A stretch of 64,000 nucleotides of DNA from the NCBI GenBank assembly GCA_964404765.1, contig CAYOLL010000011.1:773-64772 (forward strand), written 5' to 3'. Position 1 is the stretch's first letter, and each line of letters opens with the position of its first letter. The position numbers were made by a program, and so were the translations under genes. A model generated the notes under the pieces. That model worked only from the letters and a program-made list of their open reading frames with translations, made no database searches and was not told where the DNA came from. Below, one piece after another: positions 37,312 to 47,900 of the stretch. This stretch comes from an uncultured Gemmatimonadota bacterium. GTDB taxonomy: Bacteria > 4572-55.

Positions 37312-38373
37312 ATGAGATCGTTCCGTTTCTATGCGCTTTTGCTGTTAATTGCCGCGTTTGCTACACTGACCGGCTGTCAAAGTACAGCGATGAGCAGCGC
37401 AAAACTTTATGAGCAACAAGGCAAACCGGAAGAAGCCATCCGTGTGCTGAAAGAAGGCACGGTCAAAGAACCGGCTAACGCCGAGATCTGGTATCAATTG
37501 GGTGTTTTGCACGGCAAGCAAAACCAATTTACAGAGATGAATGAAGCGTTAAACAAGGCCGCTTCCATGAACGCCGCATATCTGCCCAAAGCCGACGAGC
37601 AACGCAGCTTCTATTGGAAGACACATAATAACAACGGCATTACGCTGGGTAATGAAAACAAAAATGAAGAAGCGCTAAAAGAGTTCCAATTAGCGGCGCA
37701 AATTGATGATAAAAAAGCGCAAAGTCAATTTGGGATAGGCTGGATTTATGCCAAGTTAGGCAAGCATGAAGAAGCTGTCCCCCATTTAGTGAAAGCAACG
37801 GACATGGATCCGACTGACAAAAATGCCTGGCATCAGTTGATAAGTGAATACTATGTAATGAAGAAAGACGATGATTTAATAGCCGCATGCAAAAAACTGT
37901 TGCAAACACAGCCAACCGACGCTGTCGCGCTTGAATATGCCGCCCGTGCGTACGAAGCCAAGAAAGAAACGGACTCGGCAGTTCAATATTACGAACAAGT
38001 TGTAAAAGTTAAACCTAATGACGGCAATATCTGGTTTAATTTGGGCGCGCTTTACGGCACTTTGAAGAAATTTGATGACGCTGCCCGGTGCTTTAAAGAA
38101 ACACTCAAGTATAGCGCTAACGACAAAGACGCTTTATTCAATCTCACGCTGGTTTTGAATCGTCTGGAAAAATATGACGATGCACTGATGTACGCGGAGC
38201 AGCTTATCAAAGTGCAACCGGACAAGCCTGAAGGTCATCGTTTACAAGGTGAGGCCTATCGCGGGATGGCCGAAAAGTTTGAAAAGTCCGGCAACGAAGC
38301 TAAAGCCGACGAGTATAAGACAAAAACCGCCCAATCCTATAAAAAAGCTCAGGAATTAAGCGGTGGCGAATAA
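37312..38373 (+). CDS. TPR-repeat lipoprotein
   Basis: Signal peptide with lipobox LTGCQ; multiple TPR-like repeats (AEIWYQLGVL, KNAWHQLISEYY, GNIWFNLGALYG). Confidence 0.7.
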   Translation: MRSFRFYALLLLIAAFATLTGCQSTAMSSAKLYEQQGKPEEAIRVLKEGTVKEPANAEIWYQLGVLHGKQNQFTEMNEALNKAASMNAAYLPKADEQRSFYWKTHNNNGITLGNENKNEEALKEFQLAAQIDDKKAQSQFGIGWIYAKLGKHEEAVPHLVKATDMDPTDKNAWHQLISEYYVMKKDDDLIAACKKLLQTQPTDAVALEYAARAYEAKKETDSAVQYYEQVVKVKPNDGNIWFNLGALYGTLKKFDDAARCFKETLKYSANDKDALFNLTLVLNRLEKYDDALMYAEQLIKVQPDKPEGHRLQGEAYRGMAEKFEKSGNEAKADEYKTKTAQSYKKAQELSGGE

Positions 38374-38517
38374 GCGCGTTGTTTGTTAATCGAGGGAAAC
38401 ATTACCCTTTTGTAACCCCGGTAAGCACGCTCCGAAGATTTTATTTTAAATTTTAGAACACCCTGATTTTTTTATTGACATAAGCCTCAAACGTTACTAT
38501 TTTAAATGCACATTTAT

Positions 38518-38594
38518 GGGGTCGTAGTTCAGCTGGTTAGAACGCTGGCCTGTCAAGCCAGAGGTCGCGAGTTCAAGTCTCGTCGACCCCGCCA
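38518..38594 (+). tRNA. tRNA-Asp (GTC)
   Basis: Cloverleaf: acceptor GGGGTCG/CGACCCC, anticodon loop CTGTCAA, T-arm GCGAG TTCAAGT CTCGT, CCA encoded. Confidence 0.9.
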
Positions 38595-38604
38595 TTGAAT
38601 GAAA

Positions 38605-38637
38605 ATTGCAGAGGTCCAAAGCCTCTGCAATTTTTTA
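38605..38637 (+). terminator. Rho-independent terminator (stem ATTGCAGAGG / CCTCTGCAAT + T6)
   Basis: Follows tRNA-Asp. Confidence 0.75.
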
Positions 38638-38653
38638 CTATAAGGGGACTGAT

Positions 38654-38729
<76 letters not shown>

Positions 38730-38762
38730 TCCTCTTCTAACGGTAGGATTATTAAGTGGAAT

Positions 38763-38838
38763 GCTGGCGTAGCTCAGCTGGTAGAGCAGCTGATTCGTAA
38801 TCAGCAGGTCAACGGTTCAATTCCGCTCGCCAGCTCCA
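38763..38838 (+). tRNA. tRNA-Thr (CGT)
   Basis: Acceptor GCTGGCG/CGCCAGC, anticodon loop TTCGTAA, CCA encoded; one A-C mismatch in the T stem. Confidence 0.8.
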
Positions 38839-39065
38839 CTTGTCCTGCCGTTTTTTTATCAAAAATGTAACTATTCAGTAACCGAGGCCCCGCTGGGTCT
38901 TTTCCCATTCGTGTCTATTTGTGTTCATTAAGTGGCTGAATAGTTATTCAAAAATTCAAATTGTGTCATTTCGTAATTTGAGCTGGTCGGCTTTTCAACT
39001 AAAACGTTTTCAACTTCATAATCTTACATTTGTAATTACGAAGATACTACAAACAGGAGGTCTTC

Positions 39066-40163
39066 ATGGCAAACGTCATTTTGCCCGGTACATATATTAC
39101 CGTCCGGGATGAAGGTCTGATTAGCGCCGGCGCTGTTAGTGTCGGTAATGTTGGTGTGGTTGGTACTGCAGACAACGGCGATGTTAGCAAGCCTTATATT
39201 TTAAGCGGTTTTATGGCTGCCAGAGAAATATTCTCGCCGGTTCAGGAACAGGGCAAGGCGTCCAAGCCGGTAACCGGTAATTTACTTAGTACCTTAGAGC
39301 TTATTTTTGGTAATGGCGCTACCACTGTCTACGCCGTACGTGCCAAGGATGAAACAGCTGACGCCTATGCCGATGCGCTGGCCGCATTGGAGAAAGAAGT
39401 TGTTAACATCGTGCTGCTGGCCGGACAAGATGCCGGTAAAAGCGACATGGTGCTTAAACTTAAGAATCATTTGGATTTTACCGAAGGGATTCAGCGCGAA
39501 CGAGTCGGTGTTGTCGGCAGCAACGGCACAACGGACGCCAAGAAAATCAGCAATGGTATTGATCTCGTTACAAACGACAAAGGCCGCCTGATTTATGTCG
39601 CGCCCGGTCTAAAATTGAAGCGCCGCAATCCAGCCACCGGCGAAGAAACCGAGGATGTTCTTTCTGGGGCTTACACGGCAGCGGCTGTAGCCGGATTGAT
39701 TGCCTCTTTACCGGTTCAGACCAGCCCCACCAACAAGACCATCAATATCAGTGGATTGGGCGCCGAATTCAACCATGGCCAATTGGAAAGTCTTGTGACA
39801 AGCCGTGTACTAACGGTCGAAAAGCGGGAAGGTTTTCGGGTCGTTAAAGGCATCACCACTTCCACCAACACGGCCTGGGCCCAGGTGACAACACGGCGTA
39901 TTGTCGACAAAGCCATCTACGGCGTTCGATCCTCATGCAATCCCTACATTGGCAAGCTGAATAATGATCGTGTTCGTGGCGCAATGAAAGCCACAATAGA
40001 CGGCTTTTTGACCCGAATGGTTGAAGAAGAGGCACTTAAAACGTACAAGCTGGAAGTCAGCGCTACACGCGCCCAGGAAATTGCCGGGCAGTGTATGGTC
40101 AATATGACTTTGCAGCCCACGTTTAGCATTGATTACATCATGGTGACCATGTACTTAGGCTAA
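39066..40163 (+). CDS. Contractile tail sheath protein (phage / CIS-type)
   Basis: N-terminal VILPGTYITVRDEGLISAGAVSVGNVGVVGTADNG...FG fits the sheath N-terminal consensus (PGVY..E......GvsT...vG). The C-terminal ...NDRVRGAMKATIDGFLTRMVEE...CMVNMTLQPTFSIDYIMVTMYLG fits the sheath C-terminal domain. Confidence 0.7.
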   Translation: MANVILPGTYITVRDEGLISAGAVSVGNVGVVGTADNGDVSKPYILSGFMAAREIFSPVQEQGKASKPVTGNLLSTLELIFGNGATTVYAVRAKDETADAYADALAALEKEVVNIVLLAGQDAGKSDMVLKLKNHLDFTEGIQRERVGVVGSNGTTDAKKISNGIDLVTNDKGRLIYVAPGLKLKRRNPATGEETEDVLSGAYTAAAVAGLIASLPVQTSPTNKTINISGLGAEFNHGQLESLVTSRVLTVEKREGFRVVKGITTSTNTAWAQVTTRRIVDKAIYGVRSSCNPYIGKLNNDRVRGAMKATIDGFLTRMVEEEALKTYKLEVSATRAQEIAGQCMVNMTLQPTFSIDYIMVTMYLG

Positions 40164-40184
40164 TCATAAAGAAGAATATTCGTC

Positions 40185-40275
40185 TGACTAAACCCTAAGA
40201 GTTTTCCGTCAAACAGGGGCAAATACCTGAAAAAGTCTACAATTTCCAGGTAAAAAACCTTAGGATTTGGCCTTC
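40185..40275. repeat. Palindromic repeat element (AAACCCTAAGAGTTT ... AAAAACCTTAGGATTT) between the sheath and tube genes
   Basis: Same CCCTWAGGG family as 23085-24250. Confidence 0.6.
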
Positions 40276-40315
40276 GGTGGTGTTAAACGAATATTTGCAA
40301 TCATAAGGAGTTTTT

Positions 40316-40825
40316 ATGCCGAATAATAACGTATTCAGCGGCTCGGATGCAGCTTTGGTGCTGGCTGTTGATGACAGTTCAACCGAAGAAGGCAAGTTAG
40401 CCGACGGCATTCTGAATGAATATCAGTTGTCCAGCATTGTAGGTCGTTTACAAGAAGTCCAGGTCAAAGTCGAAAATGCAGTCCGACCCTATCATGAACT
40501 GGGAAAGCGTTTTCCGACTGAACTGCGCCCCGGTAATATCAACGTGACCGGCTTTGCCAAACGCGCCCATATCAATGGCGCCATGCTCAAGCTGCTACTT
40601 GGCGGCGGAGCACAAAGCCCGCCCGCAGCGGATCCGTTACCGCAGCCATCTTTTAACCTGGTCATTAGCATGAAAAATCCGGCCGTGCCGGGAAATAGCA
40701 GCAAGTTGGTTCTGTTTGGCGTCAAGTTTGATAGCTGGGCGTTTGCGCTGCCCGAAGACGATTTTGTGATGGAATCCGTCACCTTCAGAGCCATCCGCAT
40801 CAGCACTGAAGAAACCAGCGCATAA
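40316..40825 (+). CDS. Putative tail tube protein
   Basis: 169 aa. The position (sheath, then tube, then chaperone) is canonical for myovirus/tailocin clusters; primary-sequence similarity is weak. Confidence 0.5.
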   Translation: MPNNNVFSGSDAALVLAVDDSSTEEGKLADGILNEYQLSSIVGRLQEVQVKVENAVRPYHELGKRFPTELRPGNINVTGFAKRAHINGAMLKLLLGGGAQSPPAADPLPQPSFNLVISMKNPAVPGNSSKLVLFGVKFDSWAFALPEDDFVMESVTFRAIRISTEETSA

Positions 40826-40839
40826 TTTGTAAGGTCACG

Positions 40840-41187
40840 ATGAACACAATCCAGTTGACACCAGAAGATTTGCTGGCCGGCGCAGCCGTCACGTATGACA
40901 TTGTTGTGCCGCCGGACCTTCTGCAGCCTGGTGTTAATCCCACGCAAGCCGCGCAAGGCATTTTGCATCTGCGTCCGCTAAGCATTGGCGCTTTTCAACT
41001 GATTATGAAGGCCGCTAAAGCTGATTCGAGTTTAATACCGTTGCTGATGATCAAAGAAGCAGTGGTTCAGCCGACGCTGTCACTGGATCAAATTAAGCGG
41101 CTTCATCTGGGCCTGGTTAACTTTTTGATCAACCACATTCGCGAAATCAGCGGGCTTGAGCAAAAAAAAACTTTGCTGACGAATTGA
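40840..41187 (+). CDS. Tail assembly chaperone, G form (0-frame product)
   Basis: 115-aa ORF ending ...GLEQKKTLLTN* with an A9 run (41162-41170) 15 nt before the stop. A -1 shift reads on for 48 more codons. Confidence 0.65.
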   Translation: MNTIQLTPEDLLAGAAVTYDIVVPPDLLQPGVNPTQAAQGILHLRPLSIGAFQLIMKAAKADSSLIPLLMIKEAVVQPTLSLDQIKRLHLGLVNFLINHIREISGLEQKKTLLTN

Positions 41188-41315
41188 GTGCGTCCTATCT
41201 CGTCCGGGCGGCCTTTCGTCTGGCAAAAGAATTTGGCTGGACACCCTTAGATATTCAACAAATGACCATGGGGCAGATTGCCCTTTATATGGCCATGCTG
41301 GATAGGGATTTATGA
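41162..41315 (+). other. Programmed -1 ribosomal frameshift site (A AAA AAA) plus the -1 frame extension producing the GT-type fusion (…NFADELSASYLVRAAFRLAKEFGWTPLDIQQMTMGQIALYMAMLDRDL*)
   Basis: Manual translation. The -1 frame after the A-run is open for 48 codons to TGA 41313-41315. This is the hallmark of tail assembly chaperone G/GT pairs. Confidence 0.65.
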
Positions 41316-41396
41316 CTGTTTGATAGTGTGTAATTCTAAATTCCGTTTTGAGTTGTTGTGTCAGGTTGTAATTGCTCAAAAAGTAGCGGCGGATCA

Positions 41397-41463
41397 AACC
41401 TTGCGAAGGCTTTGGTGCGCAATCCCACAAGTTTTGCGGTGAAGCCTTCGCAAGGTTGCCCAC
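41397..41463. repeat. REP-like inverted pair AACCTTGCGAAGGCTT ... AAGCCTTCGCAAGGTTG
   Basis: Same family as 22695-22785. Confidence 0.7.
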
Positions 41464-41548
41464 AGTTTTTGAGCAATTACGTCAGGTTCAAAACAATGCT
41501 TTGGGTTACGAATCCTCTTTTGTGGCGAATAAGTAACATTTTAACCCA

Positions 41549-43063
41549 ATGGAATATAAACCGGAAGTTGATATAGCAGCCTTAGTTGCGTTGGGTGAAC
41601 GCCTGCGGGCCGATTTTGCATCAATGATGGTAAGACTTCAACCGCAAGGGATAATGCCGGCGGACATTCTTGCCATTGATTTGCAGCAAACCGGCTTGAT
41701 TGCGGGTGATGCGGCTGATTTTTTGCAGGAATTACTAAGCTGGCTGCGACTGGAACGCCTGCTAAATACCGGCCTAAGCAATGACATCCAATTTCATGAT
41801 GCTGTTTCTCCGCCCGATCCCCGCCAATTTGAAGATATTGTCCCGTCGATGGCATGGCCCGACGTAGAACGAACACCTTCAGCAGCAAATCCAACGATAC
41901 TCCGATCAGAAACCGTTTCAACCGCTTCGGCTATCCATCAAATTTCGTCCGAAGCAGACGCCATGTCGGTGTCGCAAAGTTTTGTAAATCACCGGCCCGC
42001 TTCCGGAGACGATCCGGTGTTGCTCCAAACGACAACTGAGCCGGTTGAAGTTGACTTTGATCGTCGTGACGCCGGGTACTCTGTCAGCGAGGCCACAGCT
42101 CTGGAAGCTATTCAAGACGCCGCGACATTTGGACGGGTTCTAACAGTTACAGAGGCGCCGATTTCTCTACCAACTGCATCGAACGCGAAAGTATCCCGAA
42201 GTCTAAAAGATTTAGCCCGCCTGGTCGAAAATACCCCTTTATTAGTGAACGACGCGCCAATTTTGTCGGTTACCGAAAAAATGCAAATCGCTTCGCCGAC
42301 ACCGATGGATAAGAAAAACATATCGAGCTTTAAACCGGTTGTAGATGTTGGAAATGTCCCTAATCCCGCCGTAATTTCTCCAATTCCGTCTGCCGGATAC
42401 GCTATGGATAATGATGCAATTGCGGAGCAGTTTACCGCTGAAAGTCCGTATACTTCGCCGGCTGACAAAATGTTGGCTTCTCAGCAACCGACTTTTGAGA
42501 TGGCGCGTAACAACCGGGTTACCTTGCAAAATAAACTTGCTACAGAAGATTCGGAATATCCGACCGATATTGTCTACAACCCGAAGGCGGGCACACAGCC
42601 TCAAATTCGGCGGGATCATTTGCAAGGCACAAGCTCCAAAAACAAGACATCACCATCCGTCACAACGTCGGCCTTGCAGCTACACGACTGGTTGCAATTG
42701 ACCTGGCAAGTACCACTGCTGGAGTCGATGCATAATAGCCCGGCAATTGCAGCAGAATCGCAAGCTTTGTCGCCAGGCAATAGCACTGCCGCTCCAGCGC
42801 AGCAAAAGGAGCAAGCGCCGCAAATTACGGCCGCGAAAGCCCGGTTGAATCCAACCACAACCGTGAAATCAAAAACAATTAGCCCGCAATTGCAAAAGCA
42901 ACCCTCTCCATCTGAATTTTCGGCCTCTGAAACTATAAACGAAGCCCGGTTTATTTATCGTCAGGATGAAGTAAAATCCCCGTCATCACTGGATGCGGAC
43001 GAGATCATGGAAGTGTTGCTAAAGGAAATTCAACTGGATTACAGACGCTTTTACGGAGTTTAA
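41549..43063 (+). CDS. Low-complexity Pro/Ser/Thr/Ala-rich protein in the position where a tape-measure protein would be expected
   Basis: 504 aa, mostly predicted disordered. Structured-looking N-terminal ~90 aa and C-terminal ~40 aa (EIMEVLLKEIQLDYRRFYGV). No typical tape-measure features. Confidence 0.35.
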   Translation: MEYKPEVDIAALVALGERLRADFASMMVRLQPQGIMPADILAIDLQQTGLIAGDAADFLQELLSWLRLERLLNTGLSNDIQFHDAVSPPDPRQFEDIVPSMAWPDVERTPSAANPTILRSETVSTASAIHQISSEADAMSVSQSFVNHRPASGDDPVLLQTTTEPVEVDFDRRDAGYSVSEATALEAIQDAATFGRVLTVTEAPISLPTASNAKVSRSLKDLARLVENTPLLVNDAPILSVTEKMQIASPTPMDKKNISSFKPVVDVGNVPNPAVISPIPSAGYAMDNDAIAEQFTAESPYTSPADKMLASQQPTFEMARNNRVTLQNKLATEDSEYPTDIVYNPKAGTQPQIRRDHLQGTSSKNKTSPSVTTSALQLHDWLQLTWQVPLLESMHNSPAIAAESQALSPGNSTAAPAQQKEQAPQITAAKARLNPTTTVKSKTISPQLQKQPSPSEFSASETINEARFIYRQDEVKSPSSLDADEIMEVLLKEIQLDYRRFYGV

Positions 43064-43075
43064 AAGGAGCCAGCC

Positions 43076-43651
43076 ATGCCCATTGAATTAGGGACGCTCA
43101 CCCTCAATCGAATTCATAAGATTGCCACGACCGAGCAAGCGGCTTTTGTCCATCACCCGATTCCCGGTTTAGAGGGCAGCGCCACCCAAAACCTGGGTCG
43201 GCAGCCTGTTCGTCTGACCATTGAGGGCATTTTTTTCGGCGTAACGGCCAAAGACGATCTGACCAAATTGCGTGAGTTGTATATCAAACGCGAGGCTCTG
43301 GACTTTGTGGCGGATATTGTCGGCGAGGCCTACATCGGCAAAGTACTGCTGGAAAAATTTGAAGTGATGGAATCCGCCGCCGATCCGACCCAATTCAGCT
43401 ACCTTGTGACCGTTGTCGAGTACACGCCCTCAACCAAAACCACCAGCGCCGCAGCGGCCACCAACCAGAAAGCAGCCGCCTTAGCCGCCGACCGCCTGTC
43501 CGCCATGTCTCTGCCGGATGACCTCTCCCTCGGCTCCATCCCGGAAATCAGCGACCCAATTACGCCCCTCAAAGCCTCCTTAGAACCCGTCCGCGAAGCC
43601 ACCACCGCTTTAACCGACTCCCTCGGCGCGCTCAAAAATCTGTTTGGGTGA
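43076..43651 (+). CDS. Hypothetical protein (191 aa) in the sheath-tube cluster, possible tail/baseplate-associated
   Basis: RBS AAGGAG before the ATG. Globular N-terminal 120 aa, then an Ala/Ser/Thr-rich tail. Confidence 0.4.
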   Translation: MPIELGTLTLNRIHKIATTEQAAFVHHPIPGLEGSATQNLGRQPVRLTIEGIFFGVTAKDDLTKLRELYIKREALDFVADIVGEAYIGKVLLEKFEVMESAADPTQFSYLVTVVEYTPSTKTTSAAAATNQKAAALAADRLSAMSLPDDLSLGSIPEISDPITPLKASLEPVREATTALTDSLGALKNLFG

Positions 43652-43756
43652 TATAGCGCAAGCTTATGCTGATAACTATCGCCTAACCGACAATCGGTGT
43701 AAAACCTGTTGCGCCATTGGCTTTAGCATGTAAATTACCTACCGTATCCTTGGCCA

Positions 43757-44953
43757 TTGCTAAAACCCCGTCACCCGGAACAACTTATGCCGTCCAAATC
43801 TACTGCGGACAATGCGGAATTATACGAACTGCTGTTTGCTAAAATGCACCAACTGCGCGAAGCGCATATTTTGGAAACAGACACCGCGACCAAGTTTAAA
43901 TTGACACAGCAAATTCAAGAAGCCGAACGAGAACTGGCTACACTGGAAATGCAGTTTAATTTGATTGCCAATACCTGGGTAAAGGAATTACTGGCGCAAG
44001 TGCCGCAGCTTTTGGCCGAAGCCCAAACGCTCCAGCAAAAAGGGGCATACGCCGAGGCGTTGGACAAATATGCCCGGATCGAAAAAATTTTGAGCAACAA
44101 ACTTTTGGAAGTGTACCGCCATACCCGTTATATTTACCTGCGGCAAGGCAAAACCAAGTCATTGGAACTCTATTTGGACAAGACCAAAAAACTGCTGGGC
44201 AAGAGGAAAAAAGCGGATGCGGAAACCGCCCGCTACAAGCTGGATCAGGCCAGGGTATGGGCGAACCGCGGAAAAATAGACCCGGCGATTGAATTGGCCA
44301 AAGAGGCCGTGCGAGATTATGGCAATCTGGTGAAAGATTTGGAGCAGGCTCGGGCGTTGATTAATTTGGGCAATATGTACCGCCAGAAAGACCGCGATGA
44401 ACAAAAAAACTGCTATGAAAAGGCCATCCGGTTATTAACGCCATTGCCCGATTCCCCTGAAAAAGATGAAACGACGGCCATTGCCAATAACTCCCTGGGC
44501 GCATGTTACCTTGATAGAGCGTATGTCCGACCTGCGGATGGGACGCTGGCATCCGGTGATTTTAAAAAAGCCATCGATTTCCTCCAAACGGCGCGGGAAT
44601 TGTTTCAAAAATTGGCCAATCCGCGCATGGTTTATGATTGTCTGTTCAATTTAACGCAGTGTGCGGCTGAAGTTCACGAGTTTGAGCTTGCGGATACTTA
44701 TTATGCGGAATTGCGCCAGGCCGCCCGTCAAATTGAAGAAGACCTGAGCAACCCGGAGGCGCGTTCTCGTTTTGCCAGGTTACTTAATACTCTTGGCAGT
44801 GTACATCTTGAAAAGGGAAATTTCCAAATCGCGCGAGTTCACCTGGAAGAAGCTCGCCAGATTACTCTGGATTTGCCAGAAAACTGTGCCGAAGAAAAAG
44901 AAGACTTGTTGGATGCAATTGGGGAAAATATAGATAAAATTCAGAGCAAATAA
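43757..44953 (+). CDS. TPR-repeat protein
   Basis: Multiple TPR-like helices (YAEALDKYARIEKIL, ARALINLGNMYRQK, SLGACYLDRAY). Confidence 0.6.
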   Translation: MLKPRHPEQLMPSKSTADNAELYELLFAKMHQLREAHILETDTATKFKLTQQIQEAERELATLEMQFNLIANTWVKELLAQVPQLLAEAQTLQQKGAYAEALDKYARIEKILSNKLLEVYRHTRYIYLRQGKTKSLELYLDKTKKLLGKRKKADAETARYKLDQARVWANRGKIDPAIELAKEAVRDYGNLVKDLEQARALINLGNMYRQKDRDEQKNCYEKAIRLLTPLPDSPEKDETTAIANNSLGACYLDRAYVRPADGTLASGDFKKAIDFLQTARELFQKLANPRMVYDCLFNLTQCAAEVHEFELADTYYAELRQAARQIEEDLSNPEARSRFARLLNTLGSVHLEKGNFQIARVHLEEARQITLDLPENCAEEKEDLLDAIGENIDKIQSK

Positions 44954-44963
44954 AATAGGGGGG

Positions 44964-47900
44964 ATGATGCGCCTCAATAATGCTGTAATTTTATTCCTCA
45001 CTGTGAGTTTCATTTTTTTTACAACGGTCGCCTTTGCGCGTACCTGGACCGTTAATGACAGCGGCGGCGCGGATTTTACCGACATCCAACCAGCAATTGA
45101 TGCTGCTTCTGCGGGTGATACAATTAAAGTTGCGGAAGGTCGGTACATTAATGCGAATACGACAGTGATTGACCGAAAAAGCAGTATCTTTTTATGCGGA
45201 GGTTGGTCCGAAGATTTTAGTCAATATGATCCAGATCACTACATATCCTATGTCGAAAATGTAAATACCGTTAAGGGAACAACATTTTCAATTACTTGGT
45301 GCGATTTTGTTGAGATTCAAGGCTTTGAAATTCACCTGACATCTGGAGCACCTGAATTGCCTCACGCTAACATTTATGCGAGCGACAATAGAAAGGTAGT
45401 TATACGTCGTAACAAACTCTATATGTCGTTAGCCGCAAATTACACAAATACGATATTAATTCACGCGCCAAATTTTTTAAATGAGGCTGTTGTTGATTCA
45501 AATATCTCAATTGATACTCAGCGACATCAAAACACGTATCAGCCCCACTTTGTTGCCGGGGCAATTATCCAAGGTAGAATCCATGCAGAGTTTAGATATA
45601 ATGAGATTCATGCAAGGGATGGTATTGGAATTGTCCTACAAACTGTTCCAGAAAGTAGGGTTCATACGTATGCTTCAGGGGTAATAGAAAATAACCTTGT
45701 ACGTTGTTACGGAACCGGTTGGGGATTGGCGGCATCGGCTCCTGTTGATTCGGTTGAGGTAACCATACGAAATAACGTGGTGATCAACTCAGGCTACTTG
45801 GCAATAGAAGCCACCACACCAAATCAAGGTGGGCATATAGCCGCTTTTATTTACAACAATACTGTTGACTCAGTTTTTGTAAGTTGGGCATCAGATCCCA
45901 TGGGAATTTATGCAAATAATTTGTCTGCTACCTCAACTGTTGATTTTCGTAACAACTTGGTAATGAATGCCGATAGAGCTATCGCTTGGACCGGCCAAGG
46001 ATCTGTTACAGCAGAGTACAACACGCTTTATAATAATCGTGTTAACGCCTACAATTTATCGCTAAACGCAACGCATCTTTTTACTGACCCGATTTTGACC
46101 AAATGCAATGATATTGGCAATCCTTTTGAAGACATTAGTTATTGCCTAAATGAGAACTCCCCCTGCATTGACGCCGGCGATCCAAGCCCAAGTTATACCG
46201 ACGCAGATGGCACCCGCAATGATACTGGAGCAATATACTATCGCCACCCGGCTACGCCGCCAGTTGTGTGGAAAGTCAATGACAACGGCGGGGTGGATTT
46301 TTCAACTCTGCAAGCTGCGATTGACGCTGCAAGTAATGGTGACACCATTAAAGTTGCCGAAGGTTTTTATTCAACAGAATGGCATACAGGATACATTGAT
46401 GGAAAACAAAATATTCATCTTATTGGAGGCTGGACGAATGATTTCAAAAACTTCGATCCCCAAAATTATCCTACGATACTTAAATCAGAAGATGTCCATG
46501 TCATCTCCATTATAAATTCATCCGATATTTCTGTAGAAGGTTTTGATATAATTGCTGACGGTGTTAATGAGCAATCCAGTGGAGTTGCTATAGCAAACAG
46601 TGACCGAATTCAGATTCAACATAACCGCGTTCAGCTAACAAATAAAGCATCTTTAGGAACAGCGATCTCTATTGTTTCATGGGGAGCCAATACTGCATCA
46701 GCAATTGTTCAGGAAAATATACTTATTAACCCAAAAACGACTTCAACGTTTGGCCAACGCCTGCTTCAGATATTCAGCGGTAATAGTGGAAGTACTCGAG
46801 CTATGATACAGCGTAATGTAATCATAGGTAATCAGGAAATAGGTTTGTTTTTTTTCTCAACTGCTGATAGCTACAATTCATGCTATGCAGAAGTATTAAA
46901 TAACACAATTGTCAGTTCAGGAGTTGGGATTAGTGCATGGTCTTCATCTTATACCCAAATGGACACTTTGATACTCAAAAATAATATAATCTTAGATTGC
47001 AGAGATGGCATTGTGAAAGGAACTGAGTTCGCATACTTTTCAGCCGAACATAACAATTCTTTCAATAACAACTCAAATTTCATGAATTTTGAGCCTACCG
47101 GGAGCAATATATCTTTTGATCCACAATTTGTATCTTGTCTCAACAAATCATTTCCTTTTGAAAATAAACCTTATTGTTTATCCTCTATTTCCCCTTGCAT
47201 AGATGCAGGCGACCCCAACCCCAAGTACAACGACCCGGATGGGACACAAAATGACATGGGCGCAATTTACCATCATCGCGCAGGTATTCCCCGGACATGG
47301 AAGGTAAATGACAGTGGAGGCGCAAATTTTACAGACATCCAAGCTGCTATTGATACAGCAGCGACTGGCGATACGATAAAAGTGGCGGCCGGAAATTATA
47401 TGATTCAAATACCTATCAGTATCCAAAAAAAGTCCAACATTTATATATCCGGCGGTTGGGCAGAAAACTTTAGTCAACAAAATTCGACGCAATTTGTCTC
47501 ACGGATTCAAAATACCAACGCCACCGATGGCTCTGTTTTCCTGATTGTCAATTCGAATAGTATCCAATTGGAAGGGTTTGAGATACATGTCACAAATGGT
47601 AGCTACCTTGCTGCCGATGGCATTAATATTAAAGATTGCTTGGATTTTGTGCTACGACAAAATACGATTTATGTGGAAACGGCCGCAATCTTGGCGCGTG
47701 GGATTATTGTCGCTTCTGATGTTACTGCTGCATCTGGAGTTGTGGAACATTGCACCATTAATGATACACAAACCAATCGTGTAAACCAACAATTATTGGT
47801 TGGGTATGCCAACACATTTGGAAACCTGGATATCACTTTCAGAAGGAATAAAGTTTACGTGCGTGATTCGGAAGCCATAACCCTTTATGCTGAACGAACT

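Noticed and set aside
41549-43063. Calling the 504-aa protein a tape-measure protein
   Set aside because: Only its position supports this. The sequence is Pro/Ser/Thr-rich and largely disordered, unlike the alpha-helical tape measures. It is kept as hypothetical.
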